59,744 nucleotides of DNA from assembly GCF_003334255.1 (NCBI RefSeq), contig NZ_QOWU01000029.1. The stretch is one strand, 5' to 3'. Source of the stretch: Escherichia coli (GTDB lineage: Bacteria; Pseudomonadota; Gammaproteobacteria; Enterobacterales; Enterobacteriaceae). A program made the position numbers and the translations under genes. Below, one piece after another: positions 38,765 through 49,286 of this stretch (position 1 is its first letter; each line of letters begins with the position of its first letter). The notes under the pieces were generated by a model. That model saw only the letters and a program-made list of their open reading frames with translations. It was not told the DNA's origin and ran no database searches.

Positions 38765-41326
38765 ATGAGTGCAATAGAAAATTTCGACGCCCATACGCCC
38801 ATGATGCAGCAGTATCTCAGGCTGAAAGCCCAGCATCCCGAGATCCTGCTGTTTTACCGGATGGGTGATTTTTATGAACTGTTTTATGACGACGCAAAAC
38901 GCGCGTCGCAACTGCTGGATATTTCACTGACCAAACGCGGTGCTTCGGCGGGAGAGCCGATCCCGATGGCGGGGATTCCCTACCATGCGGTGGAAAACTA
39001 TCTCGCCAAACTGGTGAATCAGGGAGAGTCCGTTGCCATCTGCGAACAAATTGGCGATCCGGCGACCAGCAAAGGTCCGGTTGAGCGCAAAGTTGTGCGT
39101 ATCGTTACGCCAGGCACCATCAGCGATGAAGCCCTGTTGCAGGAGCGTCAGGACAACCTGCTGGCGGCTATCTGGCAGGACAGCAAAGGTTTCGGCTACG
39201 CGACGCTGGATATCAGTTCCGGGCGTTTTCGCCTGAGCGAACCGGCTGACCGCGAAACGATGGCGGCAGAACTGCAACGCACTAATCCTGCGGAACTGCT
39301 GTATGCAGAAGATTTTGCTGAAATGTCGTTAATTGAAGGCCGTCGCGGCCTGCGCCGTCGCCCGCTGTGGGAGTTTGAAATCGACACCGCGCGCCAGCAG
39401 TTGAATCTGCAATTTGGGACCCGCGATCTGGTCGGTTTTGGCGTCGAGAACGCGCCGCGCGGACTTTGTGCTGCCGGTTGTCTGTTGCAGTATGCGAAAG
39501 ATACCCAACGTACGACTCTGCCGCATATTCGTTCCATCACCATGGAACGTGAGCAGGACAGCATCATTATGGATGCCGCGACGCGTCGTAATCTGGAAAT
39601 CACCCAGAACCTGGCGGGTGGTGCGGAAAATACGCTGGCTTCTGTGCTCGACTGCACCGTCACGCCGATGGGCAGCCGTATGCTGAAACGCTGGCTGCAT
39701 ATGCCAGTGCGCGATACCCGCGTGTTGCTTGAGCGCCAGCAAACTATTGGCGCATTGCAGGATTTCACCGCCGGGCTACAGCCGGTACTGCGTCAGGTCG
39801 GCGACCTGGAACGTATTCTGGCACGTCTGGCTTTACGAACTGCTCGCCCACGCGATCTGGCCCGTATGCGCCACGCTTTCCAGCAACTGCCGGAGCTGCG
39901 TGCGCAGTTAGAAACTGTCGATAGTGCACCGGTACAGGCGCTACGTGAGAAGATGGGCGAGTTTGCCGAGCTGCGCGATCTGCTGGAGCGAGCAATCATC
40001 GACACACCGCCGGTGCTGGTACGCGACGGTGGTGTTATCGCATCGGGCTATAACGAAGAGCTGGATGAGTGGCGCGCGCTGGCTGACGGCGCGACCGATT
40101 ATCTGGAGCGTCTGGAAGTCCGCGAGCGTGAACGTACCGGCCTGGACACGCTGAAAGTTGGCTTTAATGCGGTGCACGGCTACTACATTCAAATCAGCCG
40201 TGGGCAAAGCCATCTGGCACCCATCAACTACATGCGTCGCCAGACGCTGAAAAACGCCGAGCGCTACATCATTCCAGAGCTAAAAGAGTACGAAGATAAA
40301 GTTCTCACCTCAAAAGGCAAAGCACTGGCACTGGAAAAACAGCTTTATGAAGAGCTGTTCGACCTGCTGTTGCCGCATCTGGAAGCGTTGCAACAGAGCG
40401 CGAGCGCGCTGGCGGAACTCGACGTGCTGGTTAACCTGGCGGAACGGGCCTATACCCTGAACTACACCTGCCCGACCTTCATTGATAAACCGGGCATTCG
40501 CATTACCGAAGGTCGCCATCCGGTAGTTGAACAAGTACTGAATGAGCCATTTATCGCCAACCCGCTGAATCTGTCGCCGCAGCGCCGCATGTTGATCATC
40601 ACCGGTCCGAACATGGGCGGTAAAAGTACCTATATGCGCCAGACCGCACTGATTGCGCTGATGGCCTACATCGGCAGCTATGTACCGGCACAAAAAGTCG
40701 AGATTGGACCTATCGATCGCATCTTTACCCGCGTAGGCGCGGCAGATGACCTGGCGTCCGGGCGCTCAACCTTTATGGTGGAGATGACTGAAACCGCCAA
40801 TATTTTACATAACGCCACCGAATACAGTCTGGTGTTAATGGATGAGATCGGGCGTGGAACGTCCACCTACGATGGTCTGTCGCTGGCGTGGGCGTGCGCG
40901 GAAAATCTGGCGAATAAGATTAAGGCATTGACGTTATTTGCTACCCACTATTTCGAGCTGACCCAGTTACCGGAGAAAATGGAAGGCGTCGCTAACGTGC
41001 ATCTCGATGCACTGGAGCACGGCGACACCATTGCCTTTATGCACAGCGTGCAGGATGGCGCGGCGAGCAAAAGCTACGGCCTGGCGGTTGCAGCTCTGGC
41101 AGGCGTGCCAAAAGAGGTTATTAAGCGCGCACGGCAAAAGCTGCGTGAGCTGGAAAGCATTTCGCCGAACGCCGCCGCTACGCAAGTGGATGGTACGCAA
41201 ATGTCTTTGCTGTCAGTACCAGAAGAAACTTCGCCTGCGGTCGAAGCTCTGGAAAATCTTGATCCGGATTCACTCACCCCGCGTCAGGCGCTGGAGTGGA
41301 TTTATCGCTTGAAGAGCCTGGTGTAA
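38765..41326 (+). CDS. mutS: DNA mismatch repair protein MutS, 853 aa
   Basis: ORF track; mismatch-binding N-terminus and Walker [10 protein letters not shown]. Confidence 0.97.
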   Translation: MSAIENFDAHTPMMQQYLRLKAQHPEILLFYRMGDFYELFYDDAKRASQLLDISLTKRGASAGEPIPMAGIPYHAVENYLAKLVNQGESVAICEQIGDPATSKGPVERKVVRIVTPGTISDEALLQERQDNLLAAIWQDSKGFGYATLDISSGRFRLSEPADRETMAAELQRTNPAELLYAEDFAEMSLIEGRRGLRRRPLWEFEIDTARQQLNLQFGTRDLVGFGVENAPRGLCAAGCLLQYAKDTQRTTLPHIRSITMEREQDSIIMDAATRRNLEITQNLAGGAENTLASVLDCTVTPMGSRMLKRWLHMPVRDTRVLLERQQTIGALQDFTAGLQPVLRQVGDLERILARLALRTARPRDLARMRHAFQQLPELRAQLETVDSAPVQALREKMGEFAELRDLLERAIIDTPPVLVRDGGVIASGYNEELDEWRALADGATDYLERLEVRERERTGLDTLKVGFNAVHGYYIQISRGQSHLAPINYMRRQTLKNAERYIIPELKEYEDKVLTSKGKALALEKQLYEELFDLLLPHLEALQQSASALAELDVLVNLAERAYTLNYTCPTFIDKPGIRITEGRHPVVEQVLNEPFIANPLNLSPQRRMLIITGPNMGGKSTYMRQTALIALMAYIGSYVPAQKVEIGPIDRIFTRVGAADDLASGRSTFMVEMTETANILHNATEYSLVLMDEIGRGTSTYDGLSLAWACAENLANKIKALTLFATHYFELTQLPEKMEGVANVHLDALEHGDTIAFMHSVQDGAASKSYGLAVAALAGVPKEVIKRARQKLRELESISPNAAATQVDGTQMSLLSVPEETSPAVEALENLDPDSLTPRQALEWIYRLKSLV

Positions 41327-41332
41327 TAACAA

Positions 41333-41364
41333 TTCCCGATAGTCTTTTGCTATCGGGAATATTA
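41333..41364 (+). terminator. Putative intrinsic terminator downstream of mutS
   Basis: Hairpin ttcccgatagtcttttgctatcgggaa followed by tatt immediately after the mutS stop. Confidence 0.55.
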
Positions 41365-41431
41365 ACGACAACTGACGAATAAAATAAAAACACCCTGTAT
41401 AATAGGAAAGCTTATTTTACAGGGTAAAACC

Positions 41432-42088
41432 ATGCCATCTACACGCTATCAAAAAATCAATGCCCATCACTATCGCCATATATGGGTCGTTGGTGATATT
41501 CATGGTGAATATCAGTTATTACAATCCCGCTTACATCAACTCTCTTTTTTCCCCGAAATCGACTTACTTATTTCTGTCGGCGATAATATTGATCGTGGAC
41601 CGGAGAGTCTTGACGTCCTGCGCCTGCTAAACCAACCCTGGTTTACGTCGGTTAAAGGCAACCACGAAGCGATGGCGCTTGAGGCATTCGAAACTGGCGA
41701 TGGCAATATGTGGCTTGCCAGCGGTGGTGACTGGTTTTTCGATTTAAATGATTCAGAGCAACAAGAGGCAATAGATCTGTTGCTGAAATTCCATCACCTT
41801 CCACATATTATTGAAATCACTAACGACAACATAAAATATGCCATCGCACATGCAGATTATCCGGGGAGTGAATATCTCTTTGGTAAAGAAATAGCGGAGA
41901 GCGAATTACTCTGGCCTGTTGATCGTGTGCAGAAATCGCTTAATGGCGAGTTACAACAAATAAACGGCGCTGATTATTTTATATTTGGACATATGATGTT
42001 TGATAACATTCAGACGTTCGCTAACCAGATTTATATTGATACCGGATCGCCGAACAGCGGGCGGCTGTCATTTTATAAAATAAAGTAG
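41432..42088 (+). CDS. pphB: Serine/threonine protein phosphatase 2 (lambda-phosphatase-like), 218 aa
   Basis: ORF track; metallophosphatase motifs GDIHG, GDNIDRG, GNHE. Confidence 0.93.
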   Translation: MPSTRYQKINAHHYRHIWVVGDIHGEYQLLQSRLHQLSFFPEIDLLISVGDNIDRGPESLDVLRLLNQPWFTSVKGNHEAMALEAFETGDGNMWLASGGDWFFDLNDSEQQEAIDLLLKFHHLPHIIEITNDNIKYAIAHADYPGSEYLFGKEIAESELLWPVDRVQKSLNGELQQINGADYFIFGHMMFDNIQTFANQIYIDTGSPNSGRLSFYKIK

Positions 42089-42089
42089 T

Positions 42090-42117
42090 CTCATGCTTCT
42101 TCTGTGAAGCATGAGTA
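42090..42117. terminator. Hairpin between convergent pphB and ygbI, candidate bidirectional terminator
   Basis: ctcatgcttcttctgtgaagcatgag perfect stem; a T-rich tract follows on the minus strand. Confidence 0.45.
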
Positions 42118-42138
42118 ACCCGGTGTTATTGCAGGCCA

Positions 42139-42936
42139 TTATTCATTTTTCGCTACCAGCAAAGAGAGATCCTGCTTCACCAGCGCGCGACTGGCACTCT
42201 CCGGCAAACCGTCGTCTGTAATAATCTGATCAAACTCGCTTAATGGTAACGCCAGCCATGTCGCCACCTGACCATATTTCGTCGCATCACAGACCAAAAC
42301 TCGCTGGCGGCTGGCACTGGCAATCGCCCGTTTCACCGTGACTTTATCTTCCGCTGGCGTAGAAATCCCCCGCACACTCCATGACGATGCAGAAATAAAA
42401 GCCTGATCAATCATCAGGCTGCGCAGCATGGTCGCAGCGGCTTCCCCGACACAGGAACGGTTTTCCCGACACACTGCACCGCCAGTGTGAATAATTGTGC
42501 AATTACTGTTGTCGAGCAAGTAGTCCGCAATAACGAAATCGTTTGTGACCACAGTCAGTGACTCCATGTGAATCAGATGCTGTGCTATCGCTAACGTGGT
42601 CGTTCCCGCATCCAGATAGATACAACTTCCCGGCTGAACAAGACTTGCCGCCAGCTTGCCAATAGCCGCTTTTTGCGTCATTGCCAGCGCAGTTTTTACC
42701 TGATGAGAAGGTTCATGCGCCACGCGTCCCGGAGACTGGACGCCTCCGGACACCAGCACAACGGCTCCCTGCTGCTCCAGTTTTTGTAAATCCCGACGAA
42801 TGGTCATATGTGACACATTCATTCTGTCCGTTAGTTCAGCAATACTGACAATGCCTTTTTCAGCTACCATCTCAAGGATGATTTGGCGACGCTCTACGGG
42901 TATCAACTTTTGCTCCTTCCTTTGTCCTGCTGACAT
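42139..42936 (-). CDS. ygbI: DeoR-family transcriptional regulator YgbI, up to 265 aa; start uncertain
   Basis: ORF track; DeoR HTH (MNVSHMTIRRDL) and sugar-phosphate-binding C-terminal domain; divergent from ygbJ. Confidence 0.88.
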   Translation of the reverse strand: MSAGQRKEQKLIPVERRQIILEMVAEKGIVSIAELTDRMNVSHMTIRRDLQKLEQQGAVVLVSGGVQSPGRVAHEPSHQVKTALAMTQKAAIGKLAASLVQPGSCIYLDAGTTTLAIAQHLIHMESLTVVTNDFVIADYLLDNSNCTIIHTGGAVCRENRSCVGEAAATMLRSLMIDQAFISASSWSVRGISTPAEDKVTVKRAIASASRQRVLVCDATKYGQVATWLALPLSEFDQIITDDGLPESASRALVKQDLSLLVAKNE

Positions 42937-43101
42937 TCTACGCTATTTGCCTGCGAAACGTGCGCGGCGCAACTAACGCTTAGTTCACATAAAATAACAC
43001 ACAATGTTAATTTATGTGAATCAGATCACCATATCGTTATCTTCCAGCGCTTACATTCACAATATCAAACAAAATATCACTTAAATTAACAAGGAGAGCA
43101 G

Positions 43102-44010
43102 ATGAAAACGGGATCTGAGTTTCATGTCGGTATCGTTGGCTTAGGGTCAATGGGAATGGGAGCAGCACTGTCATGTGTCCGCGCAGGTCTTTCTACCTGG
43201 GGCGCAGACCTGAACAGCAATGCCTGCGCTACGTTGAAAGAGGCAGGTGCTTGCGGGGTTTCTGATAACGCCGCGACGTTTGCCGAAAAACTGGACGCAC
43301 TGCTGGTGCTGGTGGTCAATGCGGCCCAGGTTAAACAGGTGCTGTTTGGTGAAACAGGCGTTGCACAACATCTGAAACCCGGTACGGCAGTAATGGTTTC
43401 TTCCACTATCGCTAGTGCTGATGCGCAAGAAATTGCTACCGCTCTGGCTGGATTCGATCTGGAAATGCTGGATGCGCCAGTTTCTGGTGGTGCAGTAAAA
43501 GCCGCTAACGGTGAAATGACTATCATGGCCTCCGGTAGCGATATTGCCTTTGAACGACTGGCACCCGTGCTGGAAGCCGTTGCCGGAAAAGTTTATCGCA
43601 TAGGTGCAGAACCGGGACTAGGTTCGACCGTAAAAATTATTCACCAGTTGTTAGCGGGCGTACATATTGCTGCCGGAGCCGAAGCGATGGCACTTGCAGC
43701 CCGTGCGGGGATCCCGCTGGATGTGATGTATGACGTCGTGACCAATGCCGCCGGAAATTCCTGGATGTTCGAAAACCGGATGCGTCATGTGGTGGATGGC
43801 GATTACACCCCGCATTCAGCCGTCGATATTTTTGTTAAGGATCTTGGTCTGGTTGCCGATACAGCCAAAGCCCTGCACTTCCCGCTGCCATTGGCCTCAA
43901 CAGCATTGAATATGTTCACCAGCGCCAGTAACGCGGGTTACGGGAAAGAAGACGATAGCGCAGTTATCAAGATTTTCTCTGGCATCACTCTACCGGGAGC
44001 GAAATCATGA
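43102..44010 (+). CDS. ygbJ: NAD-dependent 3-hydroxyisobutyrate dehydrogenase-family oxidoreductase (L-threonate dehydrogenase-like), 302 aa
   Basis: ORF track; Rossmann motif VGIVGLGSMGMGAA. Confidence 0.9.
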   Translation: MKTGSEFHVGIVGLGSMGMGAALSCVRAGLSTWGADLNSNACATLKEAGACGVSDNAATFAEKLDALLVLVVNAAQVKQVLFGETGVAQHLKPGTAVMVSSTIASADAQEIATALAGFDLEMLDAPVSGGAVKAANGEMTIMASGSDIAFERLAPVLEAVAGKVYRIGAEPGLGSTVKIIHQLLAGVHIAAGAEAMALAARAGIPLDVMYDVVTNAAGNSWMFENRMRHVVDGDYTPHSAVDIFVKDLGLVADTAKALHFPLPLASTALNMFTSASNAGYGKEDDSAVIKIFSGITLPGAKS

Positions 44011-45269
44011 TCAAGATTGGCGTTATCGCCGATGATTTTACCGGCGCGACGGATATCGCCAGTTTTCTGGTGGAAAACGGTCTACCAACGGTACAAATTA
44101 ACGGTGTTCCAACAGGTAAAATGCCGGAAGCAATCGACGCACTGGTGATCAGCCTGAAAACGCGCTCCTGTCCAGTGGTTGAAGCCACACAGCAATCGCT
44201 GGCGGCTCTGAGCTGGTTGCAACAGCAAGGTTGCAAACAGATCTATTTCAAATACTGCTCTACTTTCGACAGTACGGCGAAAGGTAATATTGGCCCGGTT
44301 ACCGATGCCTTAATGGATGCTCTCGACACGCCGTTTACGGTCTTCTCTCCGGCCCTGCCGGTCAACGGACGTACGGTTTATCAGGGGTATTTGTTCGTAA
44401 TGAATCAACTGCTGGCCGAATCCGGGATGCGCCATCACCCGGTAAATCCCATGACCGACAGCTATCTTCCCCGTCTGGTTGAAGCGCAATCCACAGGGCG
44501 CTGCGGCGTCGTTTCGGCACATGTTTTCGAACAAGGTGTGGATGCCGTTCGTCAAGAGCTGGCTCGCTTACAGCAAGAGGGCTACCGCTACGCGGTGCTT
44601 GATGCGCTGACCGAACACCATCTGGAAATTCAGGGAGAAGCCTTGCGCGATGCCCCACTGGTAACGGGCGGTTCTGGTCTGGCGATTGGCCTGGCCCGGC
44701 AGTGGGCGCAAGAAAACGGTAACCAGGCTCGCAAAGCAGGGCGTCCGCTCGCTGGGCGCGGCGTAGTGCTCTCCGGTTCATGCTCTCAAATGACCAACCG
44801 CCAGGTAGCACATTACCGTCAAATTGCACCAGCCCGTGAAGTTGATGTGGCACGCTGCCTCTCAATTGAAACTCTGGCCGCTTATGCACACGAACTGGCA
44901 GAGTGGGTTCTGGGCCAGGAAAGTGTACTTGCTCCACTGGTTTTTGCCACCGCCAGCACTGACGCATTGGCAGCAATTCAACAGCAATACGGTGCACAAA
45001 AAGCCAGTCAGGCAGTAGAAACACTGTTTTCTCAACTAGCGGCGCGGTTAGCAGCGGAAGGCGTGACACGCTTTATTGTCGCAGGCGGTGAGACCTCCGG
45101 CGTAGTCACACAGAGCCTGGGAATAAAAGGGTTTCATATTGGCCCAACCATTTCCCCCGGCGTGCCGTGGGTAAACGCACTGGATAAGCCTGTCTCACTC
45201 GCCCTTAAATCTGGCAACTTCGGTGATGACGCCTTTTTTTCACGAGCCCAAAGAGAGTTTTTATCATGA
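44007..45269 (+). CDS. ygbK: DUF1537-family four-carbon acid-sugar kinase (3-oxo-tetronate kinase-like), 420 aa
   Basis: ORF track; N-terminus MIKIGVIADDFTGATD typical of the family; start overlaps the ygbJ stop. Confidence 0.88.
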   Translation: MIKIGVIADDFTGATDIASFLVENGLPTVQINGVPTGKMPEAIDALVISLKTRSCPVVEATQQSLAALSWLQQQGCKQIYFKYCSTFDSTAKGNIGPVTDALMDALDTPFTVFSPALPVNGRTVYQGYLFVMNQLLAESGMRHHPVNPMTDSYLPRLVEAQSTGRCGVVSAHVFEQGVDAVRQELARLQQEGYRYAVLDALTEHHLEIQGEALRDAPLVTGGSGLAIGLARQWAQENGNQARKAGRPLAGRGVVLSGSCSQMTNRQVAHYRQIAPAREVDVARCLSIETLAAYAHELAEWVLGQESVLAPLVFATASTDALAAIQQQYGAQKASQAVETLFSQLAARLAAEGVTRFIVAGGETSGVVTQSLGIKGFHIGPTISPGVPWVNALDKPVSLALKSGNFGDDAFFSRAQREFLS

Positions 45270-45904
45270 GCGATTTCGCAAAAGTAGAGCAGTCTTTGCG
45301 AGAGGAGATGACGCGGATTGCCAGTTCATTCTTTCAGCGCGGCTATGCAACCGGTTCGGCTGGCAATCTGTCGCTGCTTTTACCTGACGGGAATTTACTG
45401 GCGACACCGACAGGTTCATGCCTGGGCAATCTCGATCCGCAGCGGCTTTCCAAAGTCGCCGCGGATGGCGAATGGTTAAGTGGTGACAAACCCTCGAAAG
45501 AGGTGCTCTTTCATCTGGCGCTGTATCGCAACAATCCGCGTTGTAAAGCGGTGGTGCATTTGCACAGCACATGGTCGACGGCGCTTTCCTGCCTGCAAGG
45601 GCTGGACAGCAGCAACGTTATTCGTCCGTTCACACCATACGTGGTGATGCGGATGGGAAATGTCCCGCTGGTGCCTTATTACCGACCGGGCGATAAACGC
45701 ATCGCACAGGATCTGGCGGAACTGGCAGCAGACAATCAGGCTTTTTTACTGGCAAATCATGGCCCAGTGGTTTGCGGTGAAAGCCTGCAAGAAGCCGCCA
45801 ACAATATGGAAGAGCTGGAGGAAACGGCAAAGCTGATTTTTATTCTCGGTGACCGCCCGATCCGTTATCTGACCGCAGGTGAAATTGCGGAATTAAGGAG
45901 TTAA
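45266..45904 (+). CDS. ygbL: Class II aldolase/adducin-family protein (3-oxo-tetronate 4-phosphate decarboxylase-like), 212 aa
   Basis: ORF track; class II aldolase fold features; start overlaps the ygbK stop. Confidence 0.88.
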   Translation: MSDFAKVEQSLREEMTRIASSFFQRGYATGSAGNLSLLLPDGNLLATPTGSCLGNLDPQRLSKVAADGEWLSGDKPSKEVLFHLALYRNNPRCKAVVHLHSTWSTALSCLQGLDSSNVIRPFTPYVVMRMGNVPLVPYYRPGDKRIAQDLAELAADNQAFLLANHGPVVCGESLQEAANNMEELEETAKLIFILGDRPIRYLTAGEIAELRS

Positions 45905-45908
45905 TGCA

Positions 45909-46685
45909 ATGCCTCGTTTTGCAGCTAATTTATCCATGATGTTCACCGAAGTGCCTTTTATTGAACGCTTCGCCGCAGCGCGAAAAGCCGGGTTCGATGC
46001 TGTGGAATTTCTGTTTCCCTATGACTACTCCACCCTGCAAATCCAAAAGCAACTGGAGCAAAACCATCTGACACTGGCGCTGTTCAATACCGCTCCCGGA
46101 GATATTAATGCGGGGGAATGGGGATTATCCGCCCTTCCCGGACGTGAGCACGAAGCACACGCAGACATCGACCTGGCACTGGAATATGCATTGGCGCTCA
46201 ATTGTGAACAAGTCCATGTGATGGCAGGCGTCGTGCCCGCTGGCGAAGATGCTGAACGGTACCGGGCAGTATTTATCGATAATCTCCGCTACGCTGCCGA
46301 CCGCTTTGCGCCACACGGCAAGCGAATATTAGTTGAAGCACTCAGCCCCGGCGTTAAGCCTCATTATCTCTTCTCCAGCCAGTATCAGGCACTGGCTATT
46401 GTTGAAGAAGTTGCGCGAGATAACGTGTTTATTCAACTAGATACTTTTCATGCGCAAAAAGTAGATGGCAACCTGACGCATTTAATCCGCGACTACGCCG
46501 GGAAATATGCGCACGTACAAATTGCCGGACTACCTGATCGACATGAACCGGACGATGGAGAAATCAACTATCCGTGGCTGTTCCGCCTGTTCGATGAGGT
46601 GGGATATCAGGGCTGGATCGGTTGTGAATATAAACCTCGTGGCCTCACCGAAGAAGGGCTTGGCTGGTTTGACGCCTGGCGCTAA
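45909..46685 (+). CDS. ygbM: Xylose-isomerase-like TIM-barrel protein (hydroxypyruvate isomerase family; 2-oxo-tetronate isomerase-like), 258 aa
   Basis: ORF track; family recognised from sequence. Confidence 0.88.
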   Translation: MPRFAANLSMMFTEVPFIERFAAARKAGFDAVEFLFPYDYSTLQIQKQLEQNHLTLALFNTAPGDINAGEWGLSALPGREHEAHADIDLALEYALALNCEQVHVMAGVVPAGEDAERYRAVFIDNLRYAADRFAPHGKRILVEALSPGVKPHYLFSSQYQALAIVEEVARDNVFIQLDTFHAQKVDGNLTHLIRDYAGKYAHVQIAGLPDRHEPDDGEINYPWLFRLFDEVGYQGWIGCEYKPRGLTEEGLGWFDAWR

Positions 46686-46773
46686 TTCGTTAAATCCCTA
46701 ATTACAACGTACCCATACATCCCCCCATCTACGGATGGGGTAGGTTAACTATAACTTTCAGACAGGGTTTCCC

Positions 46774-48138
46774 ATGTCCACAATTACATTGTTATGCATT
46801 GCGTTAACTGGCGTAATCATGCTGTTGCTGCTGGTCATCAAGGCAAAGGTACAACCATTCGTTGCTCTGCTCCTCGTCAGCCTGTTAGTCGCACTTGCGG
46901 CGGGTATACCGGCGGGCGAAGTGGGTAAAGTGATGATCGCCGGGATGGGCGGTGTGCTTGGTTCCGTCACTATTATTATTGGTCTGGGCGCTATGCTGGG
47001 GCGTATGATCGAACACTCTGGTGGTGCAGAGTCACTGGCTAATTATTTCAGTCGCAAGTTAGGTGACAAACGAACTATCGCTGCGCTGACTCTGGCAGCG
47101 TTCTTCCTCGGTATTCCCGTCTTCTTTGATGTCGGCTTTATTATTCTTGCGCCAATCATTTACGGTTTTGCCAAGGTTGCCAAAATATCGCCACTCAAAT
47201 TTGGCCTGCCTGTCGCTGGGCTCATGCTCACTGTTCACGTGGCGGTACCGCCGCATCCAGGCCCTGTCGCCGCAGCGGGGTTACTCCACGCAGACATCGG
47301 CTGGCTAACCATCATCGGTATTGCGATTTCTATTCCCGTAGGGGTTGTTGGCTACTTTGCAGCGAAAATAATCAATAAGCGCCAATATGCGATGTCAGTA
47401 GAAGTACTGGAACAGATGCAACTGGCTCCGGCCAGTGAGGAAGGCGCGACAAAATTAAGCGATAAAATAAATCCACCGGGCGTCGCGCTGGTCACCTCGC
47501 TAATTGTTATTCCTATCGCGATTATCATGGCGGGTACGGTTTCCGCAACACTGATGCCGCCTTCGCATCCCCTGCTTGGTACGCTACAGCTGATCGGCTC
47601 ACCAATGGTAGCTCTAATGATTGCGCTGGTGCTGGCATTCTGGTTATTGGCTTTACGTCGCGGCTGGAGCTTACAACACACCAGCGACATTATGGGCTCA
47701 GCGCTTCCTACTGCGGCGGTAGTGATTTTGGTTACTGGTGCTGGAGGGGTATTTGGCAAAGTGCTGGTGGAATCGGGCGTCGGCAAAGCCCTTGCCAACA
47801 TGCTACAAATGATTGACCTGCCTCTGTTACCAGCCGCATTTATTATTTCACTGGCGCTGCGTGCATCGCAGGGGTCAGCAACCGTAGCAATACTGACAAC
47901 CGGCGGGTTACTCTCAGAAGCGGTGATGGGATTGAATCCGATTCAGTGCGTATTGGTGACGCTGGCAGCCTGCTTTGGTGGGCTTGGTGCGTCACATATT
48001 AATGACTCAGGGTTCTGGATTGTGACCAAATATCTGGGGTTATCGGTAGCAGACGGTCTGAAAACCTGGACAGTGTTAACGACCATTCTCGGTTTTACCG
48101 GATTCTTAATTACCTGGTGCGTATGGGCGGTAATTTGA
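46774..48138 (+). CDS. ygbN: GntP-family acid-sugar permease, 454 aa
   Basis: ORF track; polytopic GntP-type membrane protein. Confidence 0.9.
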   Translation: MSTITLLCIALTGVIMLLLLVIKAKVQPFVALLLVSLLVALAAGIPAGEVGKVMIAGMGGVLGSVTIIIGLGAMLGRMIEHSGGAESLANYFSRKLGDKRTIAALTLAAFFLGIPVFFDVGFIILAPIIYGFAKVAKISPLKFGLPVAGLMLTVHVAVPPHPGPVAAAGLLHADIGWLTIIGIAISIPVGVVGYFAAKIINKRQYAMSVEVLEQMQLAPASEEGATKLSDKINPPGVALVTSLIVIPIAIIMAGTVSATLMPPSHPLLGTLQLIGSPMVALMIALVLAFWLLALRRGWSLQHTSDIMGSALPTAAVVILVTGAGGVFGKVLVESGVGKALANMLQMIDLPLLPAAFIISLALRASQGSATVAILTTGGLLSEAVMGLNPIQCVLVTLAACFGGLGASHINDSGFWIVTKYLGLSVADGLKTWTVLTTILGFTGFLITWCVWAVI

Positions 48139-48150
48139 CCTTAATAAAAA

Positions 48151-48176
48151 GGTCCGATGGGCATCGGACCTTTTAT
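48151..48176 (+). terminator. Intrinsic terminator downstream of ygbN
   Basis: Hairpin ggtccgatgggcatcggacc followed by ttttatt. Confidence 0.75.
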
Positions 48177-48186
48177 TGTGCACAGA

Positions 48187-48218
48187 AAAGGCCAGCCTCG
48201 CTTGAGACTGGCCTTTCT
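48187..48218 (-). terminator. Intrinsic terminator downstream of rpoS
   Basis: Minus strand reads the hairpin ggccagtctcaagcgaggctggcc followed by ttttct. Confidence 0.75.
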
Positions 48219-48231
48219 GACAGATGCTTAC

Positions 48232-49224
48232 TTACTCGCGGAACAGCGCTTCGATATTCAGCCCCTGCGTTTGCAGGATTTCACGCAAACGGCGCAGGCC
48301 TTCAACCTGAATCTGGCGAACACGTTCACGGGTGAGGCCAATTTCACGACCTACATCTTCCAGTGTTGCCGCTTCGTACCCCAGCAAACCGAATCGACGT
48401 GCCAGCACTTCACGCTGTTTGGCGTTCAGCTCGAACAGCCATTTGACGATGCTCTGCTTCATATCGTCATCTTGCGTGGTATCTTCCGGACCGTTCTCTT
48501 TTTCATCGGCCAGGATGTCCAGCAACGCTTTTTCGGAATCACCACCCAGCGGGGTGTCTACCGAGGTAATGCGCTCGTTAAGACGAAGCATACGGCTGAC
48601 GTCATCAACTGGCTTATCCAGTTGCTCTGCGATCTCTTCCGCACTTGGTTCATGGTCCAGCTTATGGGACAACTCACGTGCGGTTCGCAGGTAAACGTTC
48701 AGCTCCTTTACGATGTGAATCGGCAAACGAATAGTACGGGTTTGGTTCATAATCGCCCGTTCAATCGTCTGGCGAATCCACCAGGTTGCGTATGTTGAGA
48801 AGCGGAAACCACGTTCCGGGTCAAACTTCTCTACCGCGCGGATCAGCCCCAGGTTGCCCTCTTCGATAAGGTCCAGCAACGCCAGACCACGATTGCCATA
48901 ACGGCGGGCAATTTTTACCACCAGACGCAAGTTACTCTCGATCATCCGGCGGCGAGAGGCGACATCTCCACGCAGTGCGCGACGCGCAAAATAAACTTCT
49001 TCTTCGGCCGTTAACAGTGGTGAATAACCAATCTCACCAAGGTAAAGCTGAGTCGCGTCCAACACACGCTGTGTGGCTCCCTGCGATAACAGTTCCTCTT
49101 CGGCCAAATCGTTATCACTGGGTTCCTCTTCTACTAAGGCCTTTTCGTCAAAAACCTCAACTCCGTTCTCATCAAATTCCGCATCTTCATTTAAATCATG
49201 AACTTTCAGCGTATTCTGACTCAT
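48232..49224 (-). CDS. rpoS: RNA polymerase sigma factor RpoS (sigma-38), about 330 aa; the track ORF is extended to 49260
   Basis: ORF track; sigma70-family regions 2-4; canonical start [21 protein letters not shown]. Confidence 0.97.
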   Translation of the reverse strand: MSQNTLKVHDLNEDAEFDENGVEVFDEKALVEEEPSDNDLAEEELLSQGATQRVLDATQLYLGEIGYSPLLTAEEEVYFARRALRGDVASRRRMIESNLRLVVKIARRYGNRGLALLDLIEEGNLGLIRAVEKFDPERGFRFSTYATWWIRQTIERAIMNQTRTIRLPIHIVKELNVYLRTARELSHKLDHEPSAEEIAEQLDKPVDDVSRMLRLNERITSVDTPLGGDSEKALLDILADEKENGPEDTTQDDDMKQSIVKWLFELNAKQREVLARRFGLLGYEAATLEDVGREIGLTRERVRQIQVEGLRRLREILQTQGLNIEALFRE

Positions 49225-49286
49225 AAGGTGGCTCCTACCCGTGATCCCTTGACGGAACATTCAAGCAAAAGCCTGGTTCCGCCGAT

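Noticed and set aside
48157-48798. 213-aa ORF on the + strand
   Set aside because: Antisense to rpoS and starts inside the terminator region; no recognisable domain. Treated as a shadow ORF.
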